A stretch of DNA of 64,000 bases from contig CAUJEL010000147.1 in NCBI GenBank assembly GCA_963169875.1, positions 989 to 64,988 on the forward strand, in the 5' to 3' direction. The translations under genes were made by a program, and so were the position numbers. The DNA comes from Candidatus Zhuqueibacterota bacterium. GTDB lineage: Bacteria; Zhuqueibacterota; Zhuqueibacteria; Residuimicrobiales; Residuimicrobiaceae. The stretch's first letter is position 1. Each line of letters opens with the position of its first letter. A model generated the notes under the pieces. The model did no database searches. It was not told the origin of the DNA and saw only the letters and a program-made list of their open reading frames with translations. Positions 38,892-48,913 of this stretch are shown in pieces.

Positions 38892-39542
38892 ATGCATTCT
38901 TACAGAATATTTTGTGATTTTGACGGCACCATCGCCAAGCGCGATGTGGGAAATCTCGTCTTCACCCAATTCGGCAATGAAAACCACTGGTGGCGGCTGG
39001 TGCATCAATGGAAGATCGGCAAACTGGAAGGCCGGGAGATGTGGCGCCGCCAGGCGGCAACCATGACGCTGACGCCCGCGCAGCTGGATGCCTTTGCCGC
39101 AACCCAGCCGGTTGATCCGACCTTTGCCGGTTTTTATGCCTTTGCAAAACAAATCCAGGCGCCCCTGTATGTGGTCAGCGACGGCATGGACGCCTATATT
39201 TCTCGCATTTTGGCTTGTAATGGCTTTAGCGATTTGCAGCTGCGCACCAACCAGTTGACGTTTGCGGAGGATGGCCGGATCGAGGTCGAATTTCCGTATC
39301 ACGCCGACGGCTGCGGCCAATGCGCCAATTGCAAGGGGTTGCATGTGCGGCGGGAAAGAAAGCCCGGGGAGACCACGGTTTTTATCGGCGACGGCCGCTC
39401 GGATCTATGCGGCGCGCGGGAAGCGGATATCGTCTTTGCCAAAAAACAGCTGCTTGAGTATTGTGAAAAGGAAGGCATCGCCCACATCCCCTTCCGCAGT
39501 TTTGCGGAGGTGCAGGCTGAATTGCAACGACGCCTGGCCTGA
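38892..39542 (+). CDS. HAD-superfamily phosphatase (MtnX/HAD-IB-like)
   Basis: Motif I CDFDGTI, motif IV GDGRSD. Confidence 0.7.
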   Translation: MHSYRIFCDFDGTIAKRDVGNLVFTQFGNENHWWRLVHQWKIGKLEGREMWRRQAATMTLTPAQLDAFAATQPVDPTFAGFYAFAKQIQAPLYVVSDGMDAYISRILACNGFSDLQLRTNQLTFAEDGRIEVEFPYHADGCGQCANCKGLHVRRERKPGETTVFIGDGRSDLCGAREADIVFAKKQLLEYCEKEGIAHIPFRSFAEVQAELQRRLA

Positions 39543-39670
39543 GTAAAAAAACGCCAGGGTCTCCCGAACTGGTAGAGTGGATACAATCGCAGGCCGATGA
39601 TGTGATTGAAATGGGCATCAAAGGTTAGCAGGGAGGATGCGCGTTGCAGGGCATGCGCTGCAACCAGACC

Positions 39671-41164
39671 TTATTCCGGCCACACCAGGCGGTAACTCAC
39701 AAACGCAAACTGTTTGCTGTCGGGCGACCAGTTGGGCACATTCATGGTGCCCTGGCCGCCGAAGAGCGCAGCCACGACGACGGGCTCTCCGCCCACTGCC
39801 GGCATCAGGCGCAATACCACATTCTGGTTGGGGGGATGTCCCTGCACGGATTTGTCATATGAAATGAATACCAGCCACTTGCCATCGGGCGACGGGTGCG
39901 CGAACCAGTCGCCGTATGCCTCGTTGAACGTCACCTGTTCCTGCTGCGAGCCATCCGGCCGCATGCGCCAGATTTTCATCACACCACTGCGTACGGAATT
40001 GAAATAGATATATTTACCATCCGGTGAAAATTCCGGGCCGTCATCGAGTCCGGGGGCGGTGGTCAGCCGCGTCTCTTTTCCGCCCGCGAAGGGGATGGCG
40101 TAGACATCATAGTCGCCGTTGCGTTCCGCGCAATAGACCAGCTGTTGGCCATCCGGCGACCAGCCGTGCCAGTAGGAGGGACCGTGTTCGGTCACCAGAC
40201 GCGGTGCGCCGCCGGTGGCCGGCAGGACGAACAGACGCGAAGCGCCTTGGTGGTAATGACTGATGGCGAGCCATTGGCCGTCGGCGCTGAAACCGTGATC
40301 GTTGTTGCACTGATCGGCAAACCCGGTATCCAGCAGTTCGGCAGGGCCGCCATGGACTGGGATTTGATAGAGTTTGCCGTGGCGGTTGATCACCAGCTGA
40401 TGTCCCAGCCAATTGGGTGCTTCAAAATGATCCAACTGCCGTTGCACAACCCGGCGCAGGCCTGTCTCGAGATCATAGATTTCCAGGGTGCTTTCCACCA
40501 TGCGCTCTGCACCGGCCGGGGCCGGGATCATCTGCAGCTTCACATCCTTAAAGAGGGCGGTTTCGATACGTTCGTCATTGTGGCTGCAGACGGCCAATCC
40601 GGCGAGAAGCGTGTCGGCCAGATCGAGGCTGAAGGAGGCGACGGGATGCAGCTCCCCGTTTGTCCCGACCAGGTGGGTCGAAAAGACCGCGCCGTGGCGT
40701 TCCAGGCGCAGCGTGCGCAGGACGCTGGCGGCGGCGCGGATCTCTTCGGTTTGTGCGCCAGGCGTTTTACGGAATTGCATGGCGATGAGGCCGTCACCGT
40801 GGAGGACCAGGTCCACATAAGGCGCATCCGGGGCGAGGCCGGCGCGCAGCATCAGGCCGACTTTGCGATGGGGATCGCCGCCATCGCCCCGCCAGGTGAT
40901 ATTTGCTTCAAGCAGCAGGTCGCCGCTGCAGGGGCTGTATAGGAAGTGAAAGGCGTCGCGGTTATCCCACATGTTGGCACCGCCGCCGCTGATGGTATAG
41001 GTTTGCGATGCGCGATTGAAACCGGCCTTACCCGGCAGCTTGGGTACGCCGATGTCCTCTTGCGCCAAAAAGTTGCCGCTATCGTTTTTTTCGCAACCCT
41101 TAAGCATGACCATCAGTGGAATCGTGAACAACACCCACGCTGCAAGAGAGAGGATAGATTTCAT
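39671..41164 (-). CDS. Lipoprotein with C-terminal TolB-like (PD40) beta-propeller
   Basis: Lipobox (VMLKGC). Repeated PD40 motifs (SADGQWLAI, SPDGQQLVY, SPDGKYIYF, SPDGKWLVF). Confidence 0.65.
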   Translation of the reverse strand: MKSILSLAAWVLFTIPLMVMLKGCEKNDSGNFLAQEDIGVPKLPGKAGFNRASQTYTISGGGANMWDNRDAFHFLYSPCSGDLLLEANITWRGDGGDPHRKVGLMLRAGLAPDAPYVDLVLHGDGLIAMQFRKTPGAQTEEIRAAASVLRTLRLERHGAVFSTHLVGTNGELHPVASFSLDLADTLLAGLAVCSHNDERIETALFKDVKLQMIPAPAGAERMVESTLEIYDLETGLRRVVQRQLDHFEAPNWLGHQLVINRHGKLYQIPVHGGPAELLDTGFADQCNNDHGFSADGQWLAISHYHQGASRLFVLPATGGAPRLVTEHGPSYWHGWSPDGQQLVYCAERNGDYDVYAIPFAGGKETRLTTAPGLDDGPEFSPDGKYIYFNSVRSGVMKIWRMRPDGSQQEQVTFNEAYGDWFAHPSPDGKWLVFISYDKSVQGHPPNQNVVLRLMPAVGGEPVVVAALFGGQGTMNVPNWSPDSKQFAFVSYRLVWPE

Positions 41165-41378
41165 ACGGTGTCCTGATTTAGAGAAATTTTTGGGTTCAAA
41201 CAGATGAACAATCATGGATGGATTATAGATAAAATTGAGGCAATTGTCAATTGATTTTTGGGTGACAGATTGTTGCAGCACAAGTTCGACTCTGGCGAAT
41301 TATACCCCTTGTCGCATGATAAAATCCTTGCATCTGGTGCCACTTTTCTGTATGTTTTAACAACCGAAAGGAGGCAGT

Positions 41379-42779
41379 GTGGAGATTCAATTTTACGGCG
41401 GCGCACGTGACGTTACCGGTACCATGCATGTGCTGACAGTGCGCGGCAAAAAAATCCTGCTGGATTGCGGGCTTTATCAAGGCAGACGGGAAGAGGCCAG
41501 AAATCGCAATCGCAATTTTCCCTTTGATCCCGCGGGTATCGATGCCATGGTGTTATCCCATGCGCACATCGATCACAGCGGCAATATTCCGCAGCTCGCA
41601 AAATTAGGCTTTACCGGAAATATTTTCTGCACCCATGCAACCCGTGATCTCTGCGGCATTATGCTGCAGGACTCCGGGCATATTCAGGAGATGGATGCCG
41701 AATTTTTGAATAAGAAACGCGCACGTACCGGGCAGCCCCCCGTAACACCCATCTATACAGCCCGGGATGCGATGCGCGCCATGAATCAATTTGTCAGCAG
41801 CGGCTATCTGCGGCCGGTCCCGGTGGCGGATGGCGTCACGGCGACGTTTTATGACGCCGGCCATATTCTGGGATCGGCGATCACGGCCCTGGATATTGAA
41901 GAAAATGGCAAAACGCTGCGACTGGTCTTCAGCGGTGATCTGGGCAGGCCCAACATGCCCATCCTGAGCGATCCTGCGGTACTGGATCATGCCGACATTG
42001 TCTTCACCGAGAGTACATATGGCGGCCGTCTGCATGACGACTATGTCACCGTCAATGATAAGCTGGCCAAGATCGTCAACGACACCTTCGCCCGCGGCGG
42101 CAAAATCATCGTCCCAGCCTTTTCCGTCGGCCGCACCCAGGAAATTGTCTATGCCCTGCATCAACTCACGCTCGAAGGGCAAATCCCTGAGCTGCCGATT
42201 TTCGTCGACAGCCCCTTGTCCGTCAATGCCACGCAGATTTTTCGCATGCATCCCGAATGTTATGATGAGGAGACCCGGGAACTGCTGTTGCAAACCAGAG
42301 ATGTATTCGGATTTGGCAAGCTGCGCTATATTGAAAACGTCGAAGAGTCCAAAAAGCTGGTGCGTTTGAAGAAACCGTGCATCATCATCTCAGCCTCCGG
42401 CATGTGCGAAGCCGGCCGCATTCTGCACCATCTGCGCAATAACATTGAAGACGAACGCAATACCATTCTGGTCGTTGGCTTTATGGCTGAAAACACCCTG
42501 GGAAGGCGATTGGTGGAGGGCATTCCCGAGATTCGAATTTTTGGCGAAGAGTACCGGCTCGCCGCACAGGTCGTCAAGCTGAACGCTTTCAGCGCCCATG
42601 CCGACCATGATGAGCTTCTTTCATGGATCAGCAATTTTGACGCGGAACGGCTGCGCAATATATACATTCTTCATGGCGAATTTGCACAATCCGAGGCGCT
42701 CGCCAATGGTCTGAGTTCCGTCGGCTACAGCCAGGTGGCCATCCCTGAACGCGGCGAGTTTGTTGAGGTTCAGGTTTAA
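41379..42779 (+). CDS. MBL-fold beta-CASP ribonuclease (RNase J/CPSF-like)
   Basis: GTG start after an AAAGGAGG ribosome-binding site. HAHIDHSG metallo-beta-lactamase motif. Beta-CASP region. Confidence 0.75.
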   Translation: MEIQFYGGARDVTGTMHVLTVRGKKILLDCGLYQGRREEARNRNRNFPFDPAGIDAMVLSHAHIDHSGNIPQLAKLGFTGNIFCTHATRDLCGIMLQDSGHIQEMDAEFLNKKRARTGQPPVTPIYTARDAMRAMNQFVSSGYLRPVPVADGVTATFYDAGHILGSAITALDIEENGKTLRLVFSGDLGRPNMPILSDPAVLDHADIVFTESTYGGRLHDDYVTVNDKLAKIVNDTFARGGKIIVPAFSVGRTQEIVYALHQLTLEGQIPELPIFVDSPLSVNATQIFRMHPECYDEETRELLLQTRDVFGFGKLRYIENVEESKKLVRLKKPCIIISASGMCEAGRILHHLRNNIEDERNTILVVGFMAENTLGRRLVEGIPEIRIFGEEYRLAAQVVKLNAFSAHADHDELLSWISNFDAERLRNIYILHGEFAQSEALANGLSSVGYSQVAIPERGEFVEVQV

Positions 42780-42787
42780 AGCGGAGT

Positions 42788-43660
42788 CTATTTTTCGATG
42801 ATGTTGCGGTAAATGTCCGCGTGTTTGGGATCTATGACCATGAGTGTGCGCAAGGGGTCTTTGTTATCGGCGCGCCGGTAAATGTCCACCATTTCGATAT
42901 AATGCGCCTCGATGAAGTTTTTTGCATACTCATTTTCCGGATCTTTGGAAATGATATCATCCAGGAGGTCGATGGCAATAGCAATGAACTTGCGCGTTTT
43001 TGCATTATCCTGTTTAACCAGCGATAATCCATAATAATAATAATCGGACATTTCGCGAAAGGGTTTGTGTTGATCGCTGAGCAAATAGTTGGCTAAATCC
43101 AGACGCCGGTCCCACCCTTCAATGAAGCGGCCGAGACCGAACTTGCTCTGCTCGGCGATATTTCTTGCCTTTTGATAGTATTCGGTTCCCCCCAGAGTAG
43201 ACCACTTGTCAAATTCCACGCCCAGGATCAGATTGATATAGAAATCCAGCATGTTCGTGAACGAATTCATCATGTTGTCGTCATGGACAATCGGTTCGCC
43301 GCTGTTGTAGGCAAAACGCCAGCGCTTGTCGGAGAATTGACAATCGTAGTTGTTCGATACCAGCATCTGTCCCTTGAACCGTTCTTCCGCACTGGTGGTC
43401 ATGTCTTCCAGGATCAAATTAAAATTCAAATAGACCATGGTTCTCCATGGATCGTTATTCCACGGGTGGGTGTTGATATAGTTTTCCACTTTTTCGGCAA
43501 AATCGCGCAGTTTTTCCTGACGTTCAATCGGCAGGGTGCGCAGATCGGTGGTGACTTTGGCCTCAATCTGCTGGGCAGAGACCGTTTCCATGGCCAGCGC
43601 GGAGATCAACAGCAAGCACTGCAAAGCGGTGGTGATTTTTTGATTCAGGATAGACATCAT
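42788..43660 (-). CDS. Hypothetical secreted protein (possibly DUF4835-like)
   Basis: GGAG ribosome-binding site 7 nt upstream of the ATG. Signal peptide. Rich in aromatic and charged residues. The family call is weak. Confidence 0.5.
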   Translation of the reverse strand: MMSILNQKITTALQCLLLISALAMETVSAQQIEAKVTTDLRTLPIERQEKLRDFAEKVENYINTHPWNNDPWRTMVYLNFNLILEDMTTSAEERFKGQMLVSNNYDCQFSDKRWRFAYNSGEPIVHDDNMMNSFTNMLDFYINLILGVEFDKWSTLGGTEYYQKARNIAEQSKFGLGRFIEGWDRRLDLANYLLSDQHKPFREMSDYYYYGLSLVKQDNAKTRKFIAIAIDLLDDIISKDPENEYAKNFIEAHYIEMVDIYRRADNKDPLRTLMVIDPKHADIYRNIIEK

Positions 43661-44594
43661 GAAATACTCCATCAGAATAACCAAAGATCGCTGCTCCTTT
43701 AAAGGGCAGACACCCTATAATATTCAACAAATATCCGATTTAATCAAGCACTTTTGTCTGCTGCATAAACGCGCGCGGATCACTTTTCGTTCCCTGATTG
43801 TCCTGTTTCTGCTGGCCTGGCTGCGGCCAGGATGGGCTGGTTTTGAGGATTATATGGTGGGCGGCCGCTGGCAGGCCATGGCCGGCAGCGGTGTCGCAAG
43901 CTGTGGTCATCAGACGCTTTTTCTCCACAATCCCGCGATGCTGTGCGATCAGGCCGCCTGGCAGATTACCATGTCGCGTTTACAACTGTTCTCTTTACGA
44001 GAGCTGGCGCTTGTCAACCTGGGCATCAGCCGGAGCTGGCGCGACAGCGGCATGGGCATGTCGCTGCAACGATTTGGCAATGATCTCTATGGTGAAACAT
44101 TTTTTGCCCTCGCCGCTGCGCACAAGATGGGCTCGAGCCTTCGTTTAGGGGCCACTGTGCGCTATGCTGATTTGAGGATTGCACGCTATGGATGTTCAGG
44201 ATGCTTCCTTGTGGATGTCGGCGTGACCGGCGCCTGGAGTCCGCGCATGGATTTCGGATTTGCCGCTAAAAATCTCAGCGGCAGCAGGCTTGGCCGCTGC
44301 CAGGAGCCGCTGCCGCAAGCCCTGCAAATGGGCATACACTTCAAATTATCACCGGGGTTGACCCTCGTAACCGATCTCTACGATGAGGTGCGCGCGCCGC
44401 TGCAATTGCGCCAGGGCGTGGAATGTGCCGTCAATAAATATCTCATCCTGCGCGCGGGGTTTACCTCTGCTTCCCTGCGCCTGGCCGGCGGTTTTGCCGT
44501 CAGGTGTGGATTCACCACGATCGATTATGCCGTGATCACCCATCCCTTTCTCGGCCTGACGCATCAGTTCTCCGTTGGCTTTTGCAAGCCCTGA
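43659..44594 (+). CDS. Putative outer-membrane beta-barrel related to the PorV/PorP-like protein at 17863 (start uncertain)
   Basis: Shares the G-RW-AMAGSG…NPA-L N-terminal motif and a C-terminal …FSVGF with the 17863 gene. The only in-frame ATG upstream of the putative signal peptide abuts the start of the divergent gene. Confidence 0.4.
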   Translation: MKYSIRITKDRCSFKGQTPYNIQQISDLIKHFCLLHKRARITFRSLIVLFLLAWLRPGWAGFEDYMVGGRWQAMAGSGVASCGHQTLFLHNPAMLCDQAAWQITMSRLQLFSLRELALVNLGISRSWRDSGMGMSLQRFGNDLYGETFFALAAAHKMGSSLRLGATVRYADLRIARYGCSGCFLVDVGVTGAWSPRMDFGFAAKNLSGSRLGRCQEPLPQALQMGIHFKLSPGLTLVTDLYDEVRAPLQLRQGVECAVNKYLILRAGFTSASLRLAGGFAVRCGFTTIDYAVITHPFLGLTHQFSVGFCKP

Positions 44595-44615
44595 GACTTT
44601 CTGCATTGAATCGGG

Positions 44616-46625
44616 ATGAAAATCATGCCGGATGTATTGAAAAGGCCTTGCTCTGTCTTTCTGCTTTACCTGTTGCTGTGCTGCCCGGTGTGGTCCGCCG
44701 GCCAGGAGGTGGAAGAAGAACCTTTCCACGTTGAAGAAAGCGATGCGGCGAGGCTGGAATTGTTACAGGAATACCTCGACTGGCGCCGGTCGCATCCGCT
44801 GGACATCAATCGCGCGCAGCCGGCGGACTGGCTCGCGCTTCCATGGGTGACCGAGTCCCTGGTAATCGCCCTGTCACAGGCGCAGAAGAATCGCCCCGGC
44901 GGATTTGGCGCTGTCGCTGATTTGCTCTCCGTGCCGGGCATGACCCATGAACTGTTTGTAATGATCGCGCCGTTTTTGACTGTTGCGAAAAAGGGTTCCC
45001 CTGCCGATTTGCAACTGCAGGGCCGGCACCGTTGGCAATGGCAGCCAAGCGTGCGCGGATATGATGCCGGCGTTTACCCGGGTGAGCCGCTGCGCACCTA
45101 TCAACGTCTTCTGATTGATTATGGTGATCAATGGACGCTGGGCGTATTATTGGAAAAGGACGCCGGGGAGACCGGGATCGCTGATTTGCAGCGCACCTGT
45201 CTGCAATGGAGATTCGCCCAATCCCGGGCCCAGTTCATCGCCGGCAATTTTGCGCTGCAATACGGCCGCGGTCTGGTATTTCCGCGTCAGGATGGATGGG
45301 GCAGCGGCCGTGATCCCCTGGAGGAGGCTCGCCCCAAGCCCGGTTCACTGCGGCCCGCACTGTCCACGGCGGAGAATGGTCACGGAGGAGGTCTGGCTTT
45401 TGGCTATTCCAGCGGAGTCTGGCGTGTCTACGCCCTGGCGTTTCGCCCCGGATGGGATGCGGTTGTCGATGGGGACGTTGTCACCAATTTGCAGTGGAGC
45501 GGCTTGCACCGGACTGCCGCGGAGAGAGAACATCGCAAGCTTTTGAGTGCCAATTCGTACGGTTTGGTGCTGGCGTGGCAGCCCACCGGAAATTTTCATT
45601 CCGGCTTGGCATGGCGGCAGGCCCGGTATTCACACGTTTTTGCACAGCCGCAAGCGTGCAGCGATCGCCACGATTTCAGCGGCGACATAAACGACAACGC
45701 CAGTGTGTTTGTCGAAGCGCAAAAACGGAACCTGCGCGGTTTCGCTGAAATAGCCGCCAGCCGCAACGGCCGCACAGCCTGTGATTTGGGCCTGTATCTG
45801 ACGCTTGGCAAAGTGGATCTGTTCGGAGGACATGTTCGTGAAAATGCCGGTTTTCAGCGATTGCTGACGACGGCGGCGCCCGCGCAAACAGCGGAGAAAG
45901 CATGGCTGCTGGCGGGACGTTGGCGCCTGCCGGGGCATGAAATGGTCTCCTTCTATTACCGCTACACCGCCCGGCTGTGGCCGTCTCTGCGCCGGCCGTT
46001 GCCGGGGCAGCCGCGTCAAGAGGTTGCCTTGATCATTCAGCACGCACCGTGTGCTGACGTGACAGGATTATATCGCATCCGTTTTTTGCAGGACGCGCAC
46101 ACGGCAACACTACTGGATAACTGGAATAACCCCGTCAAAAAATGGGTGGCACAAAAGCAATGGACCTTGACCGGCCAGTGGGAATGGCGGCCGCATTCAG
46201 TTCTGCTGTGCCGCAGCCGCATCGAACATCGTTTTACTCACAACGACGAGTATTCCCCCTTGCACATGTTTTGCGCAGACAGCGCGGGATGGTCGCTGTA
46301 TCAGCAGATGCGCATCACGCTGCCGCAAAGGCTCTCCCTGACCTTGCGTCTGACCCTGTTCGACGCTCTTGATTATGACGATCGGTTGTATGCCTATGAA
46401 AACGATCTCCCCGGCGCTTTCACCATGGCCATGTTATATGGACGCGGTACGCGCTTGTTGGCACTCATACGCTGGCAACTTTTGCGCCGATATCAGCTTT
46501 CCTTCAGATGGGAGCGAACGCGGTACGATCATCAGGATAGCATCTCGACGGGATGGGACGAGATCGAAGCCGCGGAACAAAACACGTTCGGCTTTCAAGT
46601 CGATTGGCAATTTTCCGCTCATTAA
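44616..46625 (+). CDS. Secreted protein with N-terminal ComEA-like helix-hairpin-helix motif and large C-terminal domain of unknown function
   Basis: Signal peptide. DINRAQPADWLALPWVTESLVIAL resembles ComEA-type HhH. Confidence 0.55.
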   Translation: MKIMPDVLKRPCSVFLLYLLLCCPVWSAGQEVEEEPFHVEESDAARLELLQEYLDWRRSHPLDINRAQPADWLALPWVTESLVIALSQAQKNRPGGFGAVADLLSVPGMTHELFVMIAPFLTVAKKGSPADLQLQGRHRWQWQPSVRGYDAGVYPGEPLRTYQRLLIDYGDQWTLGVLLEKDAGETGIADLQRTCLQWRFAQSRAQFIAGNFALQYGRGLVFPRQDGWGSGRDPLEEARPKPGSLRPALSTAENGHGGGLAFGYSSGVWRVYALAFRPGWDAVVDGDVVTNLQWSGLHRTAAEREHRKLLSANSYGLVLAWQPTGNFHSGLAWRQARYSHVFAQPQACSDRHDFSGDINDNASVFVEAQKRNLRGFAEIAASRNGRTACDLGLYLTLGKVDLFGGHVRENAGFQRLLTTAAPAQTAEKAWLLAGRWRLPGHEMVSFYYRYTARLWPSLRRPLPGQPRQEVALIIQHAPCADVTGLYRIRFLQDAHTATLLDNWNNPVKKWVAQKQWTLTGQWEWRPHSVLLCRSRIEHRFTHNDEYSPLHMFCADSAGWSLYQQMRITLPQRLSLTLRLTLFDALDYDDRLYAYENDLPGAFTMAMLYGRGTRLLALIRWQLLRRYQLSFRWERTRYDHQDSISTGWDEIEAAEQNTFGFQVDWQFSAH

Positions 46626-46847
46626 ATTGCTGTTGACCATGGCGTATTAATTTTGTAAATTGAATTTTAATCCATAGTACAAGCCCCGGAGGCACCTGTG
46701 GGACTGCCTCAAAGGTGTGCACCATTTCTTGATCATTTTGCGCAAAATTGAATTAATCTGCATAATTCACCACCACTGCAAGGAGATCTCGGCGGGCGCT
46801 GCGTGCCCGGCGGTTCATAAACAGATCAGGGTAAAAAGACTGTTCCC

Positions 46848-47402
46848 ATGAAGAAACTTTTTGAAAATATCACCTTCCGGCAGTTATGCGCCAAAGCGAA
46901 CAAGCAGACTCAGCCCATGGTTTTCAGTGACCAGCTGAATAAAAGCAAACGTATACTGGTTTGTATGCCGGTGTCCCCGGCGGAATTTGCCAGCATGGTC
47001 AAATCCATCAATCAGTTCAGGCTCTGTTTTCCGCAGGCCCATATTACCCTGCTGCAACCGCAAACCACTCCGGTGCCGGCAAATCTCACTCTTGGATTCC
47101 AGGTCATCGTCTGGGCGCAAACGGATGTCGATCGCATGGGCAAGCCCGGCAAAGAGCTAAAAAGTCGCTTATTTAACGAACCTTTTGACCTGGTAGTGGA
47201 CCTCAATGTCTCGCCTCATTTCTTCTCCATGGCCGTTGCGGTGGAAAGCAATGCTCCCATAAAGGCGGGGTTTTCAGATCCCGCGCGTTCACGCATCTAT
47301 AATCTGCTCATTCGCCCCGAGACGGCTGATACCGGCCAGTATTTGGCGATTCTGTTGAGTTACCTGGGCACGGCCGACCCTCGCCGGACAGCTCGCAGGT
47401 AA
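46848..47402 (+). CDS. Hypothetical protein
   Basis: ORF with genome-typical codon usage. No recognisable domain. Confidence 0.45.
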   Translation: MKKLFENITFRQLCAKANKQTQPMVFSDQLNKSKRILVCMPVSPAEFASMVKSINQFRLCFPQAHITLLQPQTTPVPANLTLGFQVIVWAQTDVDRMGKPGKELKSRLFNEPFDLVVDLNVSPHFFSMAVAVESNAPIKAGFSDPARSRIYNLLIRPETADTGQYLAILLSYLGTADPRRTARR

Positions 47403-47781
47403 AAACAGCACCTTATGAATCGGTCAGATAATCCAGACCGGTACTCATCACCCGTCTTGCTCATACGTGGTAATAACAGACCTTTTGAATCGGCGAAATC
47501 GTCGGCACGAAACAATTCCCCACCCCCCCGGTTGTAAAATCCTTTGAATTTGCTCTTGCACGATTCCTGCCCGAATCTCCTTCACATTGGATGAACTTCA
47601 ACCACTTTTCAAATTGATACTTTGCTAACTCTATTATTTTCTGCATGACTTCTGTCACTACTTCAGGCACCATTTTTGCTATAGGAAAAACGGGGGATGG
47701 CAGGTGAGGTCCCTTGTTGCGTGATAATTCCATACCGCCACTGGACCGGCCTGGTCAGGTGGATGTTTTGGGTGGGTTTTT

Positions 47782-48837
47782 TTGAAGGGAGATGAGGCTG
47801 CGGTGGCAGAATCCAAGTTAAAAATAAGCACGGAAACGTTGCAAACGCCCGCTGAACCGGAGCGGCACCATCCGGAAAGAACGCCCGCTTTGCAAATTCT
47901 GGTTGCCTGGGCGCGCGTATTGAGCAGACTGGATGGGCTCGAGAGCAGCATTGCAATTGTTGGTCCATTTTTACGCCGCCATTTTGCTGCGGATGGCTTT
48001 GCCATGTGGGTCCAGGAAAATGGATCCTGGCATTTATCGGTCGCATCGCCTTCTACACTCCAGAAGATCGTCCCCGCGGTCACCTGCTTGCCAGACGTCC
48101 CCGATCAAGAGTATAAAGCCGGCGCGCCCCATGTTCCTTTTCCCTATCATGCGCGCTTTGATCTCATCATTGCCACAGAAGCCCGTGAACCCCTGGCCTG
48201 CGTCTGTTTACTGCGACTGCGTGCAGAGCCCTTTGATGCGGATGAGAAGCAGCTCCTGCAGGAGATGATGGATTTGCTCAGTGCGCACTTGCTGGCCTTG
48301 ACGCGCGTCAAACAGGCACAAGCCCTGGCGTTGAAGGATGCTTTGACAGATACCTGGAACCGCCGTTATTTTGAACAGAGGTATCGGGATGAATTCATGC
48401 GCGCCCACCGTTATCATCGCGCGCTGGCGGTGTTGATGATCGACCTCGATGGCTTTAAATCCTATAACGATACCTATGGGCACTTGACGGGCGACCAGGT
48501 GTTACAGACGGTCGCCCAGGTATTGCACGCCAATTTGCGGCAATCGGATGTGCTCTGCCGATACGGCGGCGATGAATTCGTCGTGCTGCTTCCTGAAAGC
48601 GATCTCGCGCATGCGCTCATCGTCGCCGAAAAATTGCGTCTGGCCATTGCGGCAGAGCCTTTTCCGGCTGGCGAGAATAAAGCCATTGGCGGGATCACGG
48701 TATCCATCGGTGTGGCGGCTTACACCGAAAGTGGCAGTGACGGGCAAACCATCCTCAAGAACGCCGATACTGCCCTTTATTCAGCCAAAAAGGCGGGACG
48801 CAATCGCATCTTTGGTGCGGATAAAGTCGACGCTTGA
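47782..48837 (+). CDS. Diguanylate cyclase (GGDEF) with N-terminal GAF-like sensory region
   Basis: RYGGDEF active-site motif. DTWNRRYF…LMIDLDGFKSYND. The start (TTG 47782 or a downstream GTG) is uncertain. Confidence 0.8.
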   Translation: MKGDEAAVAESKLKISTETLQTPAEPERHHPERTPALQILVAWARVLSRLDGLESSIAIVGPFLRRHFAADGFAMWVQENGSWHLSVASPSTLQKIVPAVTCLPDVPDQEYKAGAPHVPFPYHARFDLIIATEAREPLACVCLLRLRAEPFDADEKQLLQEMMDLLSAHLLALTRVKQAQALALKDALTDTWNRRYFEQRYRDEFMRAHRYHRALAVLMIDLDGFKSYNDTYGHLTGDQVLQTVAQVLHANLRQSDVLCRYGGDEFVVLLPESDLAHALIVAEKLRLAIAAEPFPAGENKAIGGITVSIGVAAYTESGSDGQTILKNADTALYSAKKAGRNRIFGADKVDA

Positions 48838-48857
48838 TCGAACGTCAAGTTCGCTAC

Positions 48858-48897
48858 AAAAAAAGGCGGCGTGCCCTGGGGCGCGCCGCCTTTTTAT
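48858..48897. terminator. Bidirectional rho-independent terminator between convergent genes
   Basis: AAAAAAA-GGCGGCG-tgccctggggcg-CGCCGCC-TTTTTATT. Confidence 0.65.
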
Positions 48898-48913
48898 TAT
48901 ATACTATATCCGG

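Noticed and set aside
47461-47733. 90-aa minus-strand ORF in an AT-rich intergenic region
   Set aside because: No ribosome-binding site or homology. It lies in the probable promoter region of the GGDEF gene.
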